The notes under the pieces: model-generated
Database searches by the model: none
The model's input: only the letters and a program-made list of their open reading frames with translations
What the model was told of the DNA's origin: nothing
Translations under genes and position numbers: made by a program
NCBI GenBank assembly: GCA_004563595.2
Contig: CP042461.1
Location: 1,200,001 to 1,232,000, forward strand
DNA from: Candidatus Saccharimonadota bacterium
GTDB lineage: Bacteria; Patescibacteriota; Gracilibacteria; BD1-5; UBA6164
Reading direction: 5' to 3'
Length of the DNA: 32,000 nucleotides
Shown here: positions 30,311 to 32,000 of the stretch, one piece after another
How positions within the stretch are numbered: the first letter of the stretch is position 1
How the letters are laid out: each line of letters begins with the position of its first letter

Positions 30311-32000
30311 TAATCATGTTATGTTGGTTGTATGACTTGTATTTCAGGTTGTTGTAAAGGTATCTGTCATTGATGCATACGTTGTATTTACTGCTGTTGA
30401 GTATTTACAGGTTGCATTTTCATCTGTATCTAATGTCAGGTTCACATTCGTTGTTCCTGAGGCTTGTTCTCCACTTGGAGTTCAGTTCGAAAGAATTGGT
30501 GCCGTTGTGTCTGGAGTGTTCGCTACAGAAAAATTTAATGTGTAGTCTGTTGTGTTTTCATTACTTGATCAGTCGATACATCTTACATAATACGTATATG
30601 ATGTTGCATCTGTGAGTCATGTTATGTTGGTTGTATGACTTGTATTTCATGTCGTTGCAAAGGTATTTATCATACTTGCATATGCTGTATTTGCACTTGT
30701 TGAATATCTACAAGTAGAGTTCTCATCAGTATCTAATGTCAGGTTCACATTCGTTGTTCCTGATGCTTGTTCTCCACTTGGAGTTCCGTTCGAAAGAATT
30801 GGAGCTGTGGTATCTGGAGTGTTCGCTACTGAGAAACTTAATGTGTAATTTGTTGTGTTTACGTTTGATACGGTATCGATACATCTTACATAATATGTAT
30901 ATGATGTTGCATCTGTGAGTCATGTAATATTTGTAGTGTGTGTTGTATTCCCTGTTGTAGCAAAAGTGTTTATCATACTTGCATATGCTGTATTTGCACT
31001 TGTTGAATATCTACAAGTAGAGTTCTCATCAGTATCTAATGTCAGATTTACATTTGTTGTTCCTGATGTTTGTTCTCCACTAGGAGTTCCATTTGAAAGA
31101 ATCGGAGCTGTTGTATCTGGAGTGTTCGCTACTGAAAAATTGAGTGTGTAATCTATTGTTGTTTCATTCAAATACCCATCTATACATCTTACATAATATG
31201 TATATGAATTCCCTTCTGTTAATCATGTTACATTTGTAGAATGTGATGTATTTCACGTCGTAGTAAATGTATTTGTCATACTTGTGAATACTGTATTTGC
31301 AACGGTAGAATATTTACATGTTGCATTCTCATCTGTATCTAATGTGAGATTTACATTCGTTGTTCCTCAGGCTTGTTCTCCAGTTGGAGTTCCGTTTGAA
31401 AGTATAGCTGCTGTAGTATCTACTACCGCATTTATCTTGTAGGCAAGGATTACTGGTCAAGCAGCATGATTCTCTCCATCTGCTCTGTTTAAATTCAAAT
31501 ACAATGTGTTTGATACATCATCATATGATCAACCAGCAATTAAGTTTTTTCTTGTTCCATTGAGTCTATATTCAAATGGAGTATTAAATTTTCCATATTG
31601 GTATGGTTTTACTTCGTATGATTGTTTTAATCCATTTTTTACATCTAAGAAATCATTTACATCCCATAACCATATATAGTTATACATATCAAGTGGATCA
31701 TAGGCACATGGTCATCAACATGCTTCTGTTGCACCTGATTGAGTAATCTTGTATCATCCTCCACTTTCATGCATTCATGACATTCAGATCGTTGCATAGG
31801 TTCTGGTTCATGGAATTATAAATCCATATTCTGCTCAAGAATCTTCCGTCCATAAATCATTATCTCCATTTGCATTATATAGATCCCAGTCTCAATATTC
31901 TGCCCACCCTGAAGGTGTCTTTGCTAATACATTACTTAAACCAAAATCTAATAATTTAGTAGTCGGTATAGTTACATTTGTATCGGTTGCATTCAAAAGA
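27572..32000 (-). CDS. Giant surface protein B, C-terminal 1476 codons; the 5' part lies beyond the window
   Basis: It uses the same frame class as gene A. I scanned every codon from 27572 to 32000 and found no TAA/TAG. From the window edge the order is: the unknown-domain homolog (31432-32000), 10 Ig-like repeats, the Gly/Ser linker, the 4-Cys segment and the basic tail. The stop is TAA at 27572-27574. Confidence 0.85.
28396..31432 (-). repeat. Tandem array of 10 coding repeats (303-306 bp) in gene B
   Basis: The FSVA marker recurs at 28396, 28702, 29008, 29311, 29614, 29917, 30220, 30523, 30826 and 31129. Confidence 0.9.

Overview
This is an AT-rich 32-kb window from a bacterium that reads UGA as glycine (translation table 25, the Gracilibacteria/Absconditabacteria type of CPR recoding). 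The supplied standard-code ORF track is therefore fragmented. I joined same-frame fragments through TGA and checked by hand that those frames contain no TAA or TAG. This gives 11 clean genes.

The left third (1-10.9 kb) is housekeeping:
- class III RNR nrdD (5' part only)
- class Ia RNR nrdA with tandem ATP-cones
- rmuC and ruvA
- a 634-aa orphan protein
- secA
- a small PUR-like protein

The right two thirds (11.0-32.0 kb) look like a cell-surface attachment locus:
- A 962-aa membrane protein with a PilB/GspE-N2-like cytoplasmic domain (no ATPase core), 3 TM helices and PKD repeats.
- A single 3830-aa secreted giant protein. Its domains run signal peptide, LamG, three jelly-roll modules, IPT, beta-helix, an unknown ~390-aa domain, 13 two-Cys Ig-like repeats, a Gly linker, a 4-Cys knot and a basic tail.
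- A divergently transcribed 602-aa type IV pilin carrying two lectin-like C-terminal modules.
- A second giant paralog that runs off the window.

The two giant genes share a ~2.8-kb near-identical 3' block that includes the terminator, while their 5' parts diverge.

All domain calls are motif recognition by eye. No HMM or BLAST search was run. I saw no rRNA, tRNA, CRISPR array, transposase or integrase.
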